Positions 18,273 through 28,670 of a stretch of DNA of 64,000 nt are shown one piece after another. The notes beneath the pieces were generated by a model. The model was not told the origin of the DNA, did no database searches, and saw only the letters and a program-made list of their open reading frames with translations. The DNA comes from an uncultured bacterium. Its GTDB lineage: Bacteria > Fermentibacterota > Fermentibacteria > Fermentibacterales > JCC-6. The number at the start of each line of letters is the position of its first letter. Positions within the stretch are counted from its first letter, which is position 1. Location: positions 1,010-65,009 of the forward strand of contig CAYLRO010000012.1 of the NCBI GenBank assembly GCA_964386635.1, given 5' to 3'. A program made the translations under genes and the position numbers.

Positions 18273-20432
18273 TTAAAAACTGCTGGTATGCTGCTCGAGC
18301 TTGATATCCGGGAAGGCTTTGATATTGATTCTGAAATAAAACCCGGTATCTATGTCTGAGACGTGACGTGTGAATATGGCTTCCCAACTGTCCAGGTCGC
18401 GCCTTATGGTGTAATCCTGGCTTATAAAATCATCTGCTGCAATATCATAGTATGTCCTGTAGTTCAGGGACCATCTGGATGTCAGGTCGATGCTTGCAGA
18501 TAATCTCAGCTTGTTAATCTCTATTCCCGTCTCCTGAAGATCAGGGCTCCAGTTGTGGGAGATGCCTATTCTCCATGCGAGAGGAGATATGACCAGTCCG
18601 GAATCCGGCCTTAGTGTGGGGTCTGTTCCTGCCAGCTGGAAACTTGTGGTAAGGTTTACATCCTGGGTTTCTCTCAGATACGGGTCGTAGGAGGCATCTA
18701 TCCTTGTAGAGAACCAGCCTGCCGGTGTCATGTTCAGAGAGGCGCTGATATCGGAGAACTGATTCTCCTCTCTGTCAGGGCTCCAGCTGGTGCTCAGGGA
18801 AAAATCTGCAAGGCTTTTTCTTTCAATATTTCCTCTTGAGAGCTTTTTGCCCTCCAGTGTATTTACAAGGGAGAGCGATACAACAGTTCCAGAAGACGGA
18901 AGAGAGAGATCTGAGAAACTGTAGAAGAGAGAATCCGCCTGGTCTACATCCATGATCCCCCGGGTTGAAGTAACGAAACGATCAGGCGACCATGAAACAG
19001 AAACAGACGGGGTAACAGCGTGTCTGAAAACTGAGTATCCGAGAAAGTCGGAAGCGAATGTTCCATAAAGGTCTGTTGACAGCGAAAGTCCTGCAGAACC
19101 ATGAATCCATGCAGGATATCTGTTGGACTGCATGTCCCTGTCGTAAACAACGCCTTTTGCACTGATGGACGGTGATACAGCAAGAATACCGCCCAGCCTG
19201 TGGGAAGCAGTAAGACTTGAATTGATTCTTGATCCGGCATTGTACAATGAGGAATCTTCCCATTCAGTGTTTTCAGAAAGGTAATGGGCACTCATGTTCC
19301 AGTAGATGCTGTGCCAGAGCATCTGATCATCCGGGTCCGCCGGGGACTTGAATAGAGGGGCTGAGGGAAGACTGTATCTGAAATCGGGAGCAACAAGTTC
19401 GGAGATGAGTTCATTGTCTATTGTGTCAGCCAATACATCCAGTTGTTCAGTGTACTCAAGGTTGAGTTGTGCGCTTCCACTACCGACATTCCTGGAAAAG
19501 GACAGCCATGATCTCAGTTCGCTTTCCATTCTCTCTTCAGGAGTCTGCTGAGTTTCTTCCAGATAGGATATGTCACTTACGAAATTCCCTGTAAGCTTCA
19601 CTATTGTTCCGTCTGGCAATTCATGGTTATGGGAAGTTTCAATAAGCCATCGGTCTCTCTGATTCTCGAATTGTCTTCGCCACTGGAGTCTGGAGCTGCC
19701 ATTCATGACATATCGGAGTGAGTGCCTTTCTGTAGCTGTTATCTGAAATCTCGTTTTTTCCATGAGATCGGCACTTATGAGAAGGTCAGTATAGTCAGAG
19801 AAGCCGAAGTAGTAGCCCATCTTTCTCAGGTATCTTCCGTCACGGGATGATGATCCCAGAGTTGGAATTGTGAATCCGGAGGATCTGCCCCTTCTGATGG
19901 GAAAGACAGCATACGGCAGCCAGAGAACAGGTGTTTCTTCAACATACAGAATTACTGGCCTGGCAACAGCCTTGTCATCAGGAAACACCTTCATTGTGTT
20001 TGACCAGAAATAGTAGTCAAAGGTATCTTTCTCACAACTGGTGAACCGGACATTGGTAAGGTTAAACTCGTGCCTTGAGAGCATGGTGACCGTTTCGCTG
20101 CTGTAAATGGCTCTGTCGAACAATGACGAGGTATCAAAAGTTCTGGCGGTGCGGGTGGGAATGTGGTAGATAAGACCGGTTCCTGTTGCTGTTTCCCCGC
20201 CGTCCGACAGTTCCATGTTGCCGTTTGCAGTGACAGTTTCTTCCTGAGAGAGATACTCGATTGTGTCAGCTGAGATGCTCATCTGACCGTACTCGAGAGA
20301 TGCAGCTCCTGTCAGGAACAGGTTTTCACTCTTAACAGCAAAGATCAGAGAATCAGCGGCATAGGCCATGGATTCCATAGGGGTTGGTTCGCCATTCTGG
20401 GACAACAGGATGCATAGAGGGATCAGCAGCAT
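18273..20432 (-). CDS. LptD/OstA-like outer-membrane LPS-assembly protein (large beta-barrel)
   Basis: Signal peptide, OstA-like N-terminal segment (LTGAASLEYGQMSISADTIEY...ANGNMEL), about 700 aa rich in alternating aromatic/polar residues, and a C-terminal Phe. Confidence 0.55.
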   Translation of the reverse strand: MLLIPLCILLSQNGEPTPMESMAYAADSLIFAVKSENLFLTGAASLEYGQMSISADTIEYLSQEETVTANGNMELSDGGETATGTGLIYHIPTRTARTFDTSSLFDRAIYSSETVTMLSRHEFNLTNVRFTSCEKDTFDYYFWSNTMKVFPDDKAVARPVILYVEETPVLWLPYAVFPIRRGRSSGFTIPTLGSSSRDGRYLRKMGYYFGFSDYTDLLISADLMEKTRFQITATERHSLRYVMNGSSRLQWRRQFENQRDRWLIETSHNHELPDGTIVKLTGNFVSDISYLEETQQTPEERMESELRSWLSFSRNVGSGSAQLNLEYTEQLDVLADTIDNELISELVAPDFRYSLPSAPLFKSPADPDDQMLWHSIYWNMSAHYLSENTEWEDSSLYNAGSRINSSLTASHRLGGILAVSPSISAKGVVYDRDMQSNRYPAWIHGSAGLSLSTDLYGTFASDFLGYSVFRHAVTPSVSVSWSPDRFVTSTRGIMDVDQADSLFYSFSDLSLPSSGTVVSLSLVNTLEGKKLSRGNIERKSLADFSLSTSWSPDREENQFSDISASLNMTPAGWFSTRIDASYDPYLRETQDVNLTTSFQLAGTDPTLRPDSGLVISPLAWRIGISHNWSPDLQETGIEINKLRLSASIDLTSRWSLNYRTYYDIAADDFISQDYTIRRDLDSWEAIFTRHVSDIDTGFYFRINIKAFPDIKLEQHTSSF

Positions 20433-21313
20433 GATCCTCTTACCATGGATGCCGCTCCGTAGGCTCCTGCTTCCGGGGAGTTTTCAAGAAGAGTTACACT
20501 CCAGGGATGTCTGCACCTTTTCATGTACTCCTGCCTTGCCGGGATGCCGAAATGAGTCAGTCCTGCTGACAGTCCTCCAGCGATAAAAAAGCCCGATGGA
20601 GCAAAGCAGTTTGCAAGATTGGCCAGCCCGATTCCAAACCACCTTCCATATTCTCTGAAAGCTTCTCTTGCAGGGCTGTTGCCGGATGCAGCCAGGATGG
20701 AAATCTCAACAGGGGACTTGTGATGGCCTGTGATTCTTCTGTAGTACCATTCAAGAGCCTTGCGCCCGGCATACCTTTCCCAGCAACCGGTGGAGCCACA
20801 GGAGCAGGGTAATCCCCCTTCCCGGATCGTGGTGTGTCCGAACTCTCCGGAACCGCCGGTTCCATAGAGGATCCTGCCATTATTGATAATCGTTCCGCCG
20901 ATTCCTGTGCCCAGAGTAATAAAGAGCCAGAGCCCCTTATCCGGTATTTCTCCTGAGTTTATAGCCCCGATGGCAAAAACATTGCAGTCGTTATCCAGCT
21001 TAACCGGAGCATCAAGATATTCCTGAAGAACGGATACTACATCAGTACCTGACCAGAGGGGGAGATTGGGGCTGCTGATCACAACACCTGTTTCTCTGTC
21101 TATGAGCCCTGCTGTACCCAGACCGACCGCTGCGGGATTTGGATCTCTTTCAAGTATTACTTCAGCAGCATGTGACAGTACACTGGCAGGTGTGGAGTTC
21201 TCGCCTGTGCTGAAAGCTTCAACCAGAGTAAAACCTGAATCACCAAGGCAGCCCACTTTCGTGAAGGATCCACCTACATCAATACCCCAGAACAGCCTTC
21301 TACTCAATACCAA
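20423..21313 (-). CDS. ROK-family sugar kinase (glucokinase / N-acetylhexosamine kinase type)
   Basis: N-terminal GIDVGGS ATPase motif and the ROK zinc motif CSCGSTGCWE. Confidence 0.8.
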   Translation of the reverse strand: MVLSRRLFWGIDVGGSFTKVGCLGDSGFTLVEAFSTGENSTPASVLSHAAEVILERDPNPAAVGLGTAGLIDRETGVVISSPNLPLWSGTDVVSVLQEYLDAPVKLDNDCNVFAIGAINSGEIPDKGLWLFITLGTGIGGTIINNGRILYGTGGSGEFGHTTIREGGLPCSCGSTGCWERYAGRKALEWYYRRITGHHKSPVEISILAASGNSPAREAFREYGRWFGIGLANLANCFAPSGFFIAGGLSAGLTHFGIPARQEYMKRCRHPWSVTLLENSPEAGAYGAASMVRGSCC

Positions 21314-22976
21314 TGATCTCCCCTTCGCAAACTGTCATCATAGGCCAGGAGATTCTCATTTCCGACTGGCTGCCCAGTACGCACCTTCCTGATGCTCCGT
21401 AATAAGCCGGGGCAGAAGACAGTTTTCTGACAATACGGCTTCTTGTTGGATTTGAAGAATTTTCCCAGGCCTCCAGCAGCATTCCAGCGGCATCAAACCC
21501 CTGGGCAGCTATTGTGGTAGGGGCGTTGCCTGTTGCTCTGGTAAATGTGTAAACAAACCTGGCTGTTTCTGGATATAGAGAAGACAGACCGAAAGCAGCA
21601 GTGAAAACAGCACCTTCCACATACTCACCCCCGTGCCTGAGAAGAAGCTCATCATCCCACCCGGAAGTGCCGAAGAGAGGAACTTCAAGGCTGTAGAACC
21701 TGAGCTGCGGTGAAATCTGAACAGCATCCCAGGCTGATACCGGGAGAAACATCGCCTGAGGCGCATATGCCTTTACTGCAGTTATCTGATCCTTGAAATC
21801 AGTAGATCCCGGCTGGTAACCCTGTGATGAGACAATGGTTCCCCCGAGGCTTTCCACTGTAGTCCTGAATTGCTCAACCTCGCCTGTTGCCTGGGCAGTG
21901 TGTGGGTAAATAACACCAAATCTGCTGTACCCGCATTCCCGCATTGCATATTCAGCAACTGCAGCAGCCTGATCACCTTCACTCACCACCAGCCTGAATA
22001 CTGGTTCTCCAATCCTGTCCACATCTCCTGATGTAGCGGTGGGTGTCAGTACAGGCAAGCCGGATTCCCTTGCAATTGCTGCAATTTCCAGTGTGGAAGA
22101 ACTAGTAAGAGGGCCAAGAACAGCAACACAGGAGGGATTGTCTGCCAGAGATCTTGCCAGATCGATAAGTCTGCTGGAAACACCGCCTGTATCAAAATTC
22201 ACAAGTTCCGGCGAGTTCTGGTGCATCTCAGAGTATCGGTCAAAAGCCAGATGTGCTCCTTCGGCTACCTGCTTTGCAAAATCGGATCCCTGGCCTGTAA
22301 GAGGAAGAAGAAGGGCAATCCAGGAGTCTGCGGAACCGGCAGAACCTTGAATCTCTGGTCTTCCGTAGGTTTCATGAGCACCTGGATAGAGTCTGTCTAT
22401 TTCGGAACCGTAAAGAATGACTCTCTCTGTGTCTCCTGACTGAGCGTACCGATCTTCAAGCTCCAGAAGAACATACAGTTCAAACCAACCCTGCTCTCTC
22501 AGATCAGGAAGATTTCCAGTGCGTATATGGCTAAGCTGTTCCCTGCAAAGCTCAACGGCATCTTTTGCTCTTCTGGCATCCAGAAGTTCAAGGTCCACAA
22601 GAGAAAGACTGGAAAGAGATGATACTGGCGAGGTGGACGTTTCCGCCATAGCCTTAAGAAGTGCCGCCCTGGATCTCACTGCTGGGTTACCTGCTGACAG
22701 ATACCGTGATGCCTGAGTGATGGCCTCTGACGGATTCCCCAGAACAAGAAGAGCTTCAGCCTTCCCCATTTCCCAGAAAGGAGTATCCGGGCTTGAAGGC
22801 GAGGACAGCAGAGCGGATTCAAACAGCTCCAGTGCTCTCTGGTTGTCTCCCTCCTCAAGTTTGATTTCTGCCAGAGCAGCTTTTTCTTCAGCAGTGGAAT
22901 CTTCGTTTATGTCAGGTTTGCATGAGGTCAGGGCAAGAAGCATCATTACAATGACTAATGAATGGTTGAGTTTCAA
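21300..22976 (-). CDS. Lipoprotein with N-terminal TPR repeats and a C-terminal type-I periplasmic-binding-protein (LivK/LpoA-like) domain
   Basis: Lipobox (LALTSCK) and TPR-like helical N-terminal half. The C-terminal half has a PBP type-I-like pattern (VAVLGPLTSSSTLEIAAIARESGLPVLTPTAT...). Confidence 0.5.
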   Translation of the reverse strand: MKLNHSLVIVMMLLALTSCKPDINEDSTAEEKAALAEIKLEEGDNQRALELFESALLSSPSSPDTPFWEMGKAEALLVLGNPSEAITQASRYLSAGNPAVRSRAALLKAMAETSTSPVSSLSSLSLVDLELLDARRAKDAVELCREQLSHIRTGNLPDLREQGWFELYVLLELEDRYAQSGDTERVILYGSEIDRLYPGAHETYGRPEIQGSAGSADSWIALLLPLTGQGSDFAKQVAEGAHLAFDRYSEMHQNSPELVNFDTGGVSSRLIDLARSLADNPSCVAVLGPLTSSSTLEIAAIARESGLPVLTPTATSGDVDRIGEPVFRLVVSEGDQAAAVAEYAMRECGYSRFGVIYPHTAQATGEVEQFRTTVESLGGTIVSSQGYQPGSTDFKDQITAVKAYAPQAMFLPVSAWDAVQISPQLRFYSLEVPLFGTSGWDDELLLRHGGEYVEGAVFTAAFGLSSLYPETARFVYTFTRATGNAPTTIAAQGFDAAGMLLEAWENSSNPTRSRIVRKLSSAPAYYGASGRCVLGSQSEMRISWPMMTVCEGEIIGIE

Positions 22977-23053
22977 ATGAAGTACCCCCCGGCGGTTTGC
23001 GTGTTACATCAGCCTGAAATATCTCGCCTGCCGCTGTTTTCTGCAATGATAAA

Positions 23054-23077
23054 GGGGGCTCCTGCAAGGGAGCCCCC
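23054..23077 (-). terminator. Terminator hairpin downstream of the SurA-like gene
   Basis: GGGGGCTCC-tgcaag-GGAGCCCCC, a perfect 9-bp stem. On the - strand it is followed by TTTATCATT. Confidence 0.55.
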
Positions 23078-23097
23078 AAAGTACGATATTCAATTTG

Positions 23098-25101
23098 TCA
23101 GATGATTTCCGGAGTCTCGTCAGGGTCTTCCGAAGGGATGAACTCTTCAATAGGGGTTTCCATGTTCTCAATCATCCACTGGGCATCATCTGCAAGTTCT
23201 GATTCCGGGTAGGTATCAACAAGAACCCTGAAGGACTCTCTGGCAGAGTCGTAGTCACGAAGCTGTTCGCTGAAAGTGAATCCAATGAGGAACTGTGCCT
23301 GGTCGCACCTCTCGTTCTCAGGATGTCTCTCAATGTAAAGCTTGAAATACCGTACTGCAGTCTCGGGATCTGTTGCCATTGTTTCCTGTGCCAGAGTCAT
23401 CAGGCTGTCTGCACCAATCTCCTCCGAAGGAAGGAATGCATCTTCATTGATCTCCACCTGGTAGGTTTCTCTGAGCTGCGGGAATATGGTTTCATAGAGG
23501 TATTCGTTAACAATATTGGGTCTCAGAGCTGCCTCAATGGACTCCCTGGCATCCTCAAGCGGCTTTACGCCTTCTTCGAGTCTGTCAGTAACCATTAGAA
23601 GGATAAGTCCCTGATCCGTAGGAGCAGGTCCGAAAATGGTTCCGGGCTCAGCGGCATACAGCTCTTCAGCGAACTCCAGGTCACCGGGGAAATAGGGAAT
23701 AGGTGCATTCACCGGGATCCAGCCAAGGTCACCGGAAACTGCTGCAGTAGGCTGGTGGGTAGAGTACTCTGCTACAGCAGCCTCGAATGAGGTTTCCTCA
23801 ACTGCTGCCAGCGCAAGGTCCATCTGTCCCCGGGTTTCTGTGAGAATAACGGAAACTTTCACCTGGGGATCCTGTCTGTATATGTCGCCGGTGTGCTCTT
23901 CGTAGTAGGCAATCACTCTTTCCTCAGGAACCGGTGCTGCTTCAACTATAAACTGCTGATAGTAGGCCTGTATCAGTGCACCCTTTCGAGTTTCTTCCGC
24001 CTGCTTCTCAGCCTGTTCCACCTGAGCTACAACTGAACTGTCGCTGTCAAGACCTGCTTCAACTGATGCAAGACGCATGAGTTCTCTCTCAAGCATACTG
24101 CCTGCGATGAGCTGCTTGCCTTCCGGCGTCTCATAGGTAGCCCTCTGATAAGGGGGAATTGCTTCGAGTTCCAGGGCGATGTCTTCTTCAGTAATCTCAT
24201 CCTGTCCTATTACTGCGTATACACCGTCCACAGGCACATCATGAACTGTTACCTGGAATCTCTCGTGAAGTTCAGGAAGGAAAGTGTTTCGGAAATAGTC
24301 GTTAACAAGGGCAGGTCTGAGCATATCATCAATGTTTGCTCTGACATCCTCCATGGAATCGTAATACTCTTCTCTGTAATCGTTAACCTGGAAGATATGA
24401 ATTCCGAGATTGGTTTCGTATGGAGGGAGAACCGTTCCAGGTTCAGTTGAAAGAAGAAGAGCAAGAAGCTCCTGGTCTTCACCTACGAACGGAATATCCA
24501 GATCTTCTCCAACCCAGCCCATACTGCCGCCCTGAGATGCTGTTGCAGAATGCTCGCTTATCTGAACTGCTACAGAATCGAAGGACATTCCGGCAGCAAG
24601 CATTGCCTGGGCTTCTGAAAGCGCCTGATCATCACTTACAAGAATGTGTGAGACCAGAGCTGTGGGATAGTGATAGTAGACGTGCATGTTTCTCTCGTAG
24701 TATCCCTGAGCAAGGGAGTCAGGTATCTCCATGCCCTCTATGATCATTGTCTGGTAGAAAACCTGCCCCATGGCTCTTGTCCGAACATCTTCGATCTGCT
24801 TTTCAGAATCTCCAACCATGGCAATAACTGATGAATCCTCTTCAAGACCTGCATCTGTGGCAGCAAGAAGAAGAAGCTCTCTTTCGATTATATGATCCAG
24901 CAGTGCCCTCTTGCCCCGAAGACTCTCAAATGAGGCTCTCTGGTAGGGAGGAATCCGAAGTATTTCTTCATCCAGGTCTTCCATTGTTATTACTATATCA
25001 CCCACTCTGGCCGCTTCATCAGAAGCCAGTGGTCTTGTTCCGCAACCCGAAAGTGCGAGAAGAAAAACAGGTATGCAGTAAATCAGTTTCCGGATCATCA
25101 T
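23098..25101 (-). CDS. SurA/PrsA-like periplasmic peptidyl-prolyl isomerase lipoprotein with two tandem SurA-N + parvulin modules and a C-terminal TPR-like tail
   Basis: Lipobox (LALSGCG). There is internal duplication (IPPYQRASFESLRGKRALLDHIIERELLLLAATDAGLEEDSSV vs IPPYQRATYETPEGKQLIAGSMLERELMRLASVEAGLDSDSSV) and two parvulin-type segments (GSMGWVGED..., GDLGWIPVN...). Confidence 0.7.
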   Translation of the reverse strand: MMIRKLIYCIPVFLLALSGCGTRPLASDEAARVGDIVITMEDLDEEILRIPPYQRASFESLRGKRALLDHIIERELLLLAATDAGLEEDSSVIAMVGDSEKQIEDVRTRAMGQVFYQTMIIEGMEIPDSLAQGYYERNMHVYYHYPTALVSHILVSDDQALSEAQAMLAAGMSFDSVAVQISEHSATASQGGSMGWVGEDLDIPFVGEDQELLALLLSTEPGTVLPPYETNLGIHIFQVNDYREEYYDSMEDVRANIDDMLRPALVNDYFRNTFLPELHERFQVTVHDVPVDGVYAVIGQDEITEEDIALELEAIPPYQRATYETPEGKQLIAGSMLERELMRLASVEAGLDSDSSVVAQVEQAEKQAEETRKGALIQAYYQQFIVEAAPVPEERVIAYYEEHTGDIYRQDPQVKVSVILTETRGQMDLALAAVEETSFEAAVAEYSTHQPTAAVSGDLGWIPVNAPIPYFPGDLEFAEELYAAEPGTIFGPAPTDQGLILLMVTDRLEEGVKPLEDARESIEAALRPNIVNEYLYETIFPQLRETYQVEINEDAFLPSEEIGADSLMTLAQETMATDPETAVRYFKLYIERHPENERCDQAQFLIGFTFSEQLRDYDSARESFRVLVDTYPESELADDAQWMIENMETPIEEFIPSEDPDETPEII

Positions 25102-25352
25102 TTATTTACCCCCTGGTTGTCTTTTCCCTGAACTGTATCGGTTTCATAAGTGATCAGCCCTTGAGCAAACTCGGCCATTGCAGCCTTTATCGCGTTTTGT
25201 TGAGTATCCTTCATTCCAGGAACAAGGCAGGGTGCTCCGTCGCGGAGAGCCCTTACCCGTTTGGACATGGCCAGAGCCAGTTGATACTGGTTGGTGGTTT
25301 TTGCAGCCAATTTCTCAACTTCTTCAAATGATTTCATATACTGAGCCTCCAT
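25098..25352 (-). CDS. rpoZ: Probable DNA-directed RNA polymerase subunit omega
   Basis: NQYQLALAMSKRVRALRDGAP resembles the RpoZ core (NRYELVLLAAKRARQL). The start was chosen at MEAQYMK..., since the ORF track's 25400 start adds an unlikely N-terminus. Its stop overlaps the SurA-like start (ATGA). Confidence 0.5.
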   Translation of the reverse strand: MEAQYMKSFEEVEKLAAKTTNQYQLALAMSKRVRALRDGAPCLVPGMKDTQQNAIKAAMAEFAQGLITYETDTVQGKDNQGVNK

Positions 25353-25459
25353 TGCCGGCGTTTGGACTTGTTTCGGAAAATAGTGACGCGAAATATACAA
25401 AAAGATACCCCGGATGAGGATGCTTGTTCCTCGTCCGGGGTATCAGTGAAGGTATTACT

Positions 25460-26422
25460 TTATTCTACTTCTTCGTCAGCAGGGTCACCGGAGTGGTATT
25501 CCATGAGCATTTCCCACTTTGGCGGATCCACCAGGTCAACCTCTCTGAGTTCAGTTTTCACATAACCCAGTTCGGTCAGATCCCACATTCTCACAACAGC
25601 GATATTGTCATTGTCACCTGCAATGGCTCCCTCGGCTCTGCTGGGGAAAGTGAGAGGCTGCTGATATCTGACCTCTACCCTTGAGGCTTCCGGGTCGGAT
25701 GTTGTATAAGCAACAAAGACCCATGTCTGAAGGTTGAGAGAGTCGCCTCGTGCACGGCCTCTGGCTTCCGGATTCTCCCAGAAGGTAAGAAGAGTGTCCT
25801 CCATGATCTCAAAGACGTATTCGCCACCCAGGGGGTCGGAAAGCTCGAAAACGTTAATCTCGAGGTTCTCAACATCTGTTGGCTTTATAAGCGCAGGGTA
25901 CCTTCCGGCAAGGTATGAAGCCTGCTCTTCACTGACTCTGATAAGAGCCGATCTGGAAACCTCGACACGCTTGTTATCTGCGTATTCCTGGAAGGGAATC
26001 CGTGTGAAAGTTTCCAGCCAGTCTGCTTCCATGAAAAGGGAGTCGGGGTAGTCTTTGTCTATAAGACCGCCGACAACGCCCCCGTGTCTGTCATGATTCG
26101 GGCATGAGATGGCGAACTGGGTACCCAGTGCCAGTTTTGGATCGTAATGATAAGCCGAGTCAGGAAAGCCTGCTGCCCTGAGAGATGGACAAACTGACAT
26201 TGTGTCTGCGAAATTTCCGTAAACAAGAAGCGAATCCAGTGTAGGTGCAGGAGAACCATTGTATTCGTACATGTGCTCGACATTTGATTCAGCAAGGGTG
26301 AACATCTGAACTCTGCAGTTCTCGCGAGGAACTCTGTACATTTCTACCCGCTGGTGAATCCTGAAGATGAGCAATGCGGCAAGGAGCACAATCAGCACTC
26401 TCACAAGAACCTTTGAACCCAT
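25460..26422 (-). CDS. Hypothetical membrane-anchored protein
   Basis: Single N-terminal TM (VLVRVLIVLLAALLIF), 320 aa, no recognisable motifs. Confidence 0.4.
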   Translation of the reverse strand: MGSKVLVRVLIVLLAALLIFRIHQRVEMYRVPRENCRVQMFTLAESNVEHMYEYNGSPAPTLDSLLVYGNFADTMSVCPSLRAAGFPDSAYHYDPKLALGTQFAISCPNHDRHGGVVGGLIDKDYPDSLFMEADWLETFTRIPFQEYADNKRVEVSRSALIRVSEEQASYLAGRYPALIKPTDVENLEINVFELSDPLGGEYVFEIMEDTLLTFWENPEARGRARGDSLNLQTWVFVAYTTSDPEASRVEVRYQQPLTFPSRAEGAIAGDNDNIAVVRMWDLTELGYVKTELREVDLVDPPKWEMLMEYHSGDPADEEVE

Positions 26423-26509
26423 TTAAACCCCTCCGAAAGGTATTTAATGTTATTACATTTGTTTTTCCAAAAGCTGTCCACGTAATTTACGACTGACCAT
26501 CTAACAGTG

Positions 26510-27190
26510 TCAATAAGCTCCGGGACTGAACACTCTGCCACCAAATGGAATTTCCGGTACAAAAACAGAAACCATCACAGAGTCCTCCGAGTATGCAACC
26601 ATACCGGCAGGCAAAGCAAGTGATGCTGAGTGAGGCTCTATTCCCGGGAATACGCTATCCGTCCGGATACTGTCCATAAGGGATACAACTGATGCTGGAC
26701 CACTGACGCTTACTCTGGCAGGATCAACATTTACATGCCTGAATCTCGCAGGTATGCCATCACTGAAAACCGGGGCTACAGGAAGATTTCTTGTTATAAC
26801 AGTATCCACTCTGATGGATATCTGTTCCGGAAGTACCTGTGAAAGTTCAATCTGTGCTTCCGGCTCAAGCGAAGGAGAAGTAAGAAGGATATTGGAAACA
26901 AGGGGAAGCTTGCCTCCTTCCAATGGCACAAACTCCCTTGATATACCGGAAATTCTGTTGCCGATCTGAAAACTCAGCATCCTCCAGCCACTGCCTGTGT
27001 ATCTCACAGTAGCTGAATCTGCTGAGGTGCTCAGAATCATGTACTCCTCCGGTATGTTCACTGAAACAGGCAATCTGTATTCAACCGGGAACATCTCCTG
27101 ATCAATGGCGGAGATCCATATCAGTATACCCAGCAATACTGCTATAAAAATCCTGCTCGCTCGCTCAATTCCAGTAAGATCAGCTTTCAT
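26510..27190 (-). CDS. YbbR-like domain membrane protein
   Basis: N-terminal TM then repeated beta-rich modules (VSVSGP...). Resemblance to YbbR/CdaR repeats is tentative. Confidence 0.4.
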   Translation of the reverse strand: MKADLTGIERASRIFIAVLLGILIWISAIDQEMFPVEYRLPVSVNIPEEYMILSTSADSATVRYTGSGWRMLSFQIGNRISGISREFVPLEGGKLPLVSNILLTSPSLEPEAQIELSQVLPEQISIRVDTVITRNLPVAPVFSDGIPARFRHVNVDPARVSVSGPASVVSLMDSIRTDSVFPGIEPHSASLALPAGMVAYSEDSVMVSVFVPEIPFGGRVFSPGAY

Positions 27191-27488
27191 TGCCCGGCGT
27201 GATGAATCCGATGGCGTTCTGATCTCTGTTATCTGTAAGCTTGCCGTTCTTTTCCTCGAAGGTCTTTACCTGTTGAGTCAGCTGATGGGCAAATGCCTTT
27301 GCCGCGTGAGGAGACATGATAACTCTGGATTTGAGATTTGCTGCTGTGGAACCTGGCATTATTCTGGCAAAATCCAGCACGAATTCTGCACGGGAAAAGG
27401 CCACCAGCACCATATTGCTGTAAGTCCCGTCAACTTCTTCAGGCTTTACATTGATCCGTGGTTTCTGTTTCATTACTTCCTTTTCCAT
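27180..27488 (-). CDS. DUF3467-family small protein
   Basis: YSNMVLVAFSRAEFVLDFARI...SRVIMSPHAAK matches the conserved DUF3467 core pattern. Confidence 0.5.
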   Translation of the reverse strand: MEKEVMKQKPRINVKPEEVDGTYSNMVLVAFSRAEFVLDFARIMPGSTAANLKSRVIMSPHAAKAFAHQLTQQVKTFEEKNGKLTDNRDQNAIGFITPGNES

Positions 27489-27655
27489 CCTGTTTTAGAA
27501 CACACTCCCTTTAATATGAGTTACTATAAAGCAATACACAAGCAATCCGGTTCTGAACCTCTATTCTGCCTGGAGTGCCGACCTGCTTATTTTTCGTTAT
27601 TCTTATTGAATACAGAGGATGAGATCGCAATTTGGCTTGATGACTGGAGGCGATA

Positions 27656-28651
27656 TTGATACCTGAAAGAAACTCGGCAGCTCTTCTCGATCTCTTTAAG
27701 GGTAAAAAGATACTTGTATCAGGGGATCTGGTTCTGGATCATTACCTTGAGGGAAAGGTTTCAAGGATTTCTCCGGAAGCTCCTGTTCCTGTAGTTTCGC
27801 TGGGAGACAATTCGGAGAGGTGGATACCAGGGGGAGCTGCAAATGTAGCATTGAATGTAGTCTCTCTTGGAGGAACGCCCTGTATGTCAGGTGTTGTTGG
27901 AAACGACACTAATGGAAAGCTTCTTCTTGCCCTGCTTGCAGATGCAGGAGTGGATGTGTCTGCAGTTGTCACAGACCCGGCCAGACCCACAACCGTTAAA
28001 ACCAGGATAATGGGGAGAAACCAGCAGCTGATGAGAGTGGACAGGGAAAAAACAACCCCGCTTGACCCTGAAGTTGACCTGAGGCTGAGATCTGTTCTGG
28101 AGAAGGCTGTCCGGGAATCTGATTCTGTGATAATGGAGGATTACAACAAGGGAGTTCTTTCTTCAGGATTGATCCACCACATAATCCGTCTTGCATCTTC
28201 TGCAGGAGTGCCGGTTTCCGTTGATCCCAAGGTAATGAATTTCTGGGAATACAAGGGAGCATCACTCTTTAAACCCAACCGTCACGAAGCCGGGACAGCC
28301 CTGGGTACTTCAATAGAAACTGTAGAGCAGGCATTTACTGCTGCTGAGAAGATCAGGGAACAGCTGTCAGCAGGTGCTGTGCTTCTAACTCTCGGTTCGA
28401 AGGGATCTGTACTGGTTCAGGGTGAATCAGAGGAGTTATTTCATATACCCACCGTTGCAAGGCATGTTTTCGATGTGTCCGGAGCAGGAGATTCGGTGAT
28501 TGCTGTAATGGGCCTGGCTGTCTGCTGTGATATGAGCATGCATGATGCGGCCAGACTGGCTAATCTTGCTGCTGCTGCAGTTTGTGCCGAGCCAGGTGTT
28601 TATGCAGTGAAACCGTCAGACATTGTCCGGGAGGCCAGCAGATTTGAGTGA
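27656..28651 (+). CDS. hldE: D-glycero-beta-D-manno-heptose-7-phosphate kinase (RfaE/HldE domain I, PfkB family)
   Basis: PfkB-type carbohydrate-kinase motifs ([12 protein letters not shown]; [12 protein letters not shown]), about 330 aa, directly followed by the domain-II gene. Confidence 0.8.
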   Translation: MIPERNSAALLDLFKGKKILVSGDLVLDHYLEGKVSRISPEAPVPVVSLGDNSERWIPGGAANVALNVVSLGGTPCMSGVVGNDTNGKLLLALLADAGVDVSAVVTDPARPTTVKTRIMGRNQQLMRVDREKTTPLDPEVDLRLRSVLEKAVRESDSVIMEDYNKGVLSSGLIHHIIRLASSAGVPVSVDPKVMNFWEYKGASLFKPNRHEAGTALGTSIETVEQAFTAAEKIREQLSAGAVLLTLGSKGSVLVQGESEELFHIPTVARHVFDVSGAGDSVIAVMGLAVCCDMSMHDAARLANLAAAAVCAEPGVYAVKPSDIVREASRFE

Positions 28652-28670
28652 GGTGAAAAGAGCTCCTGTA

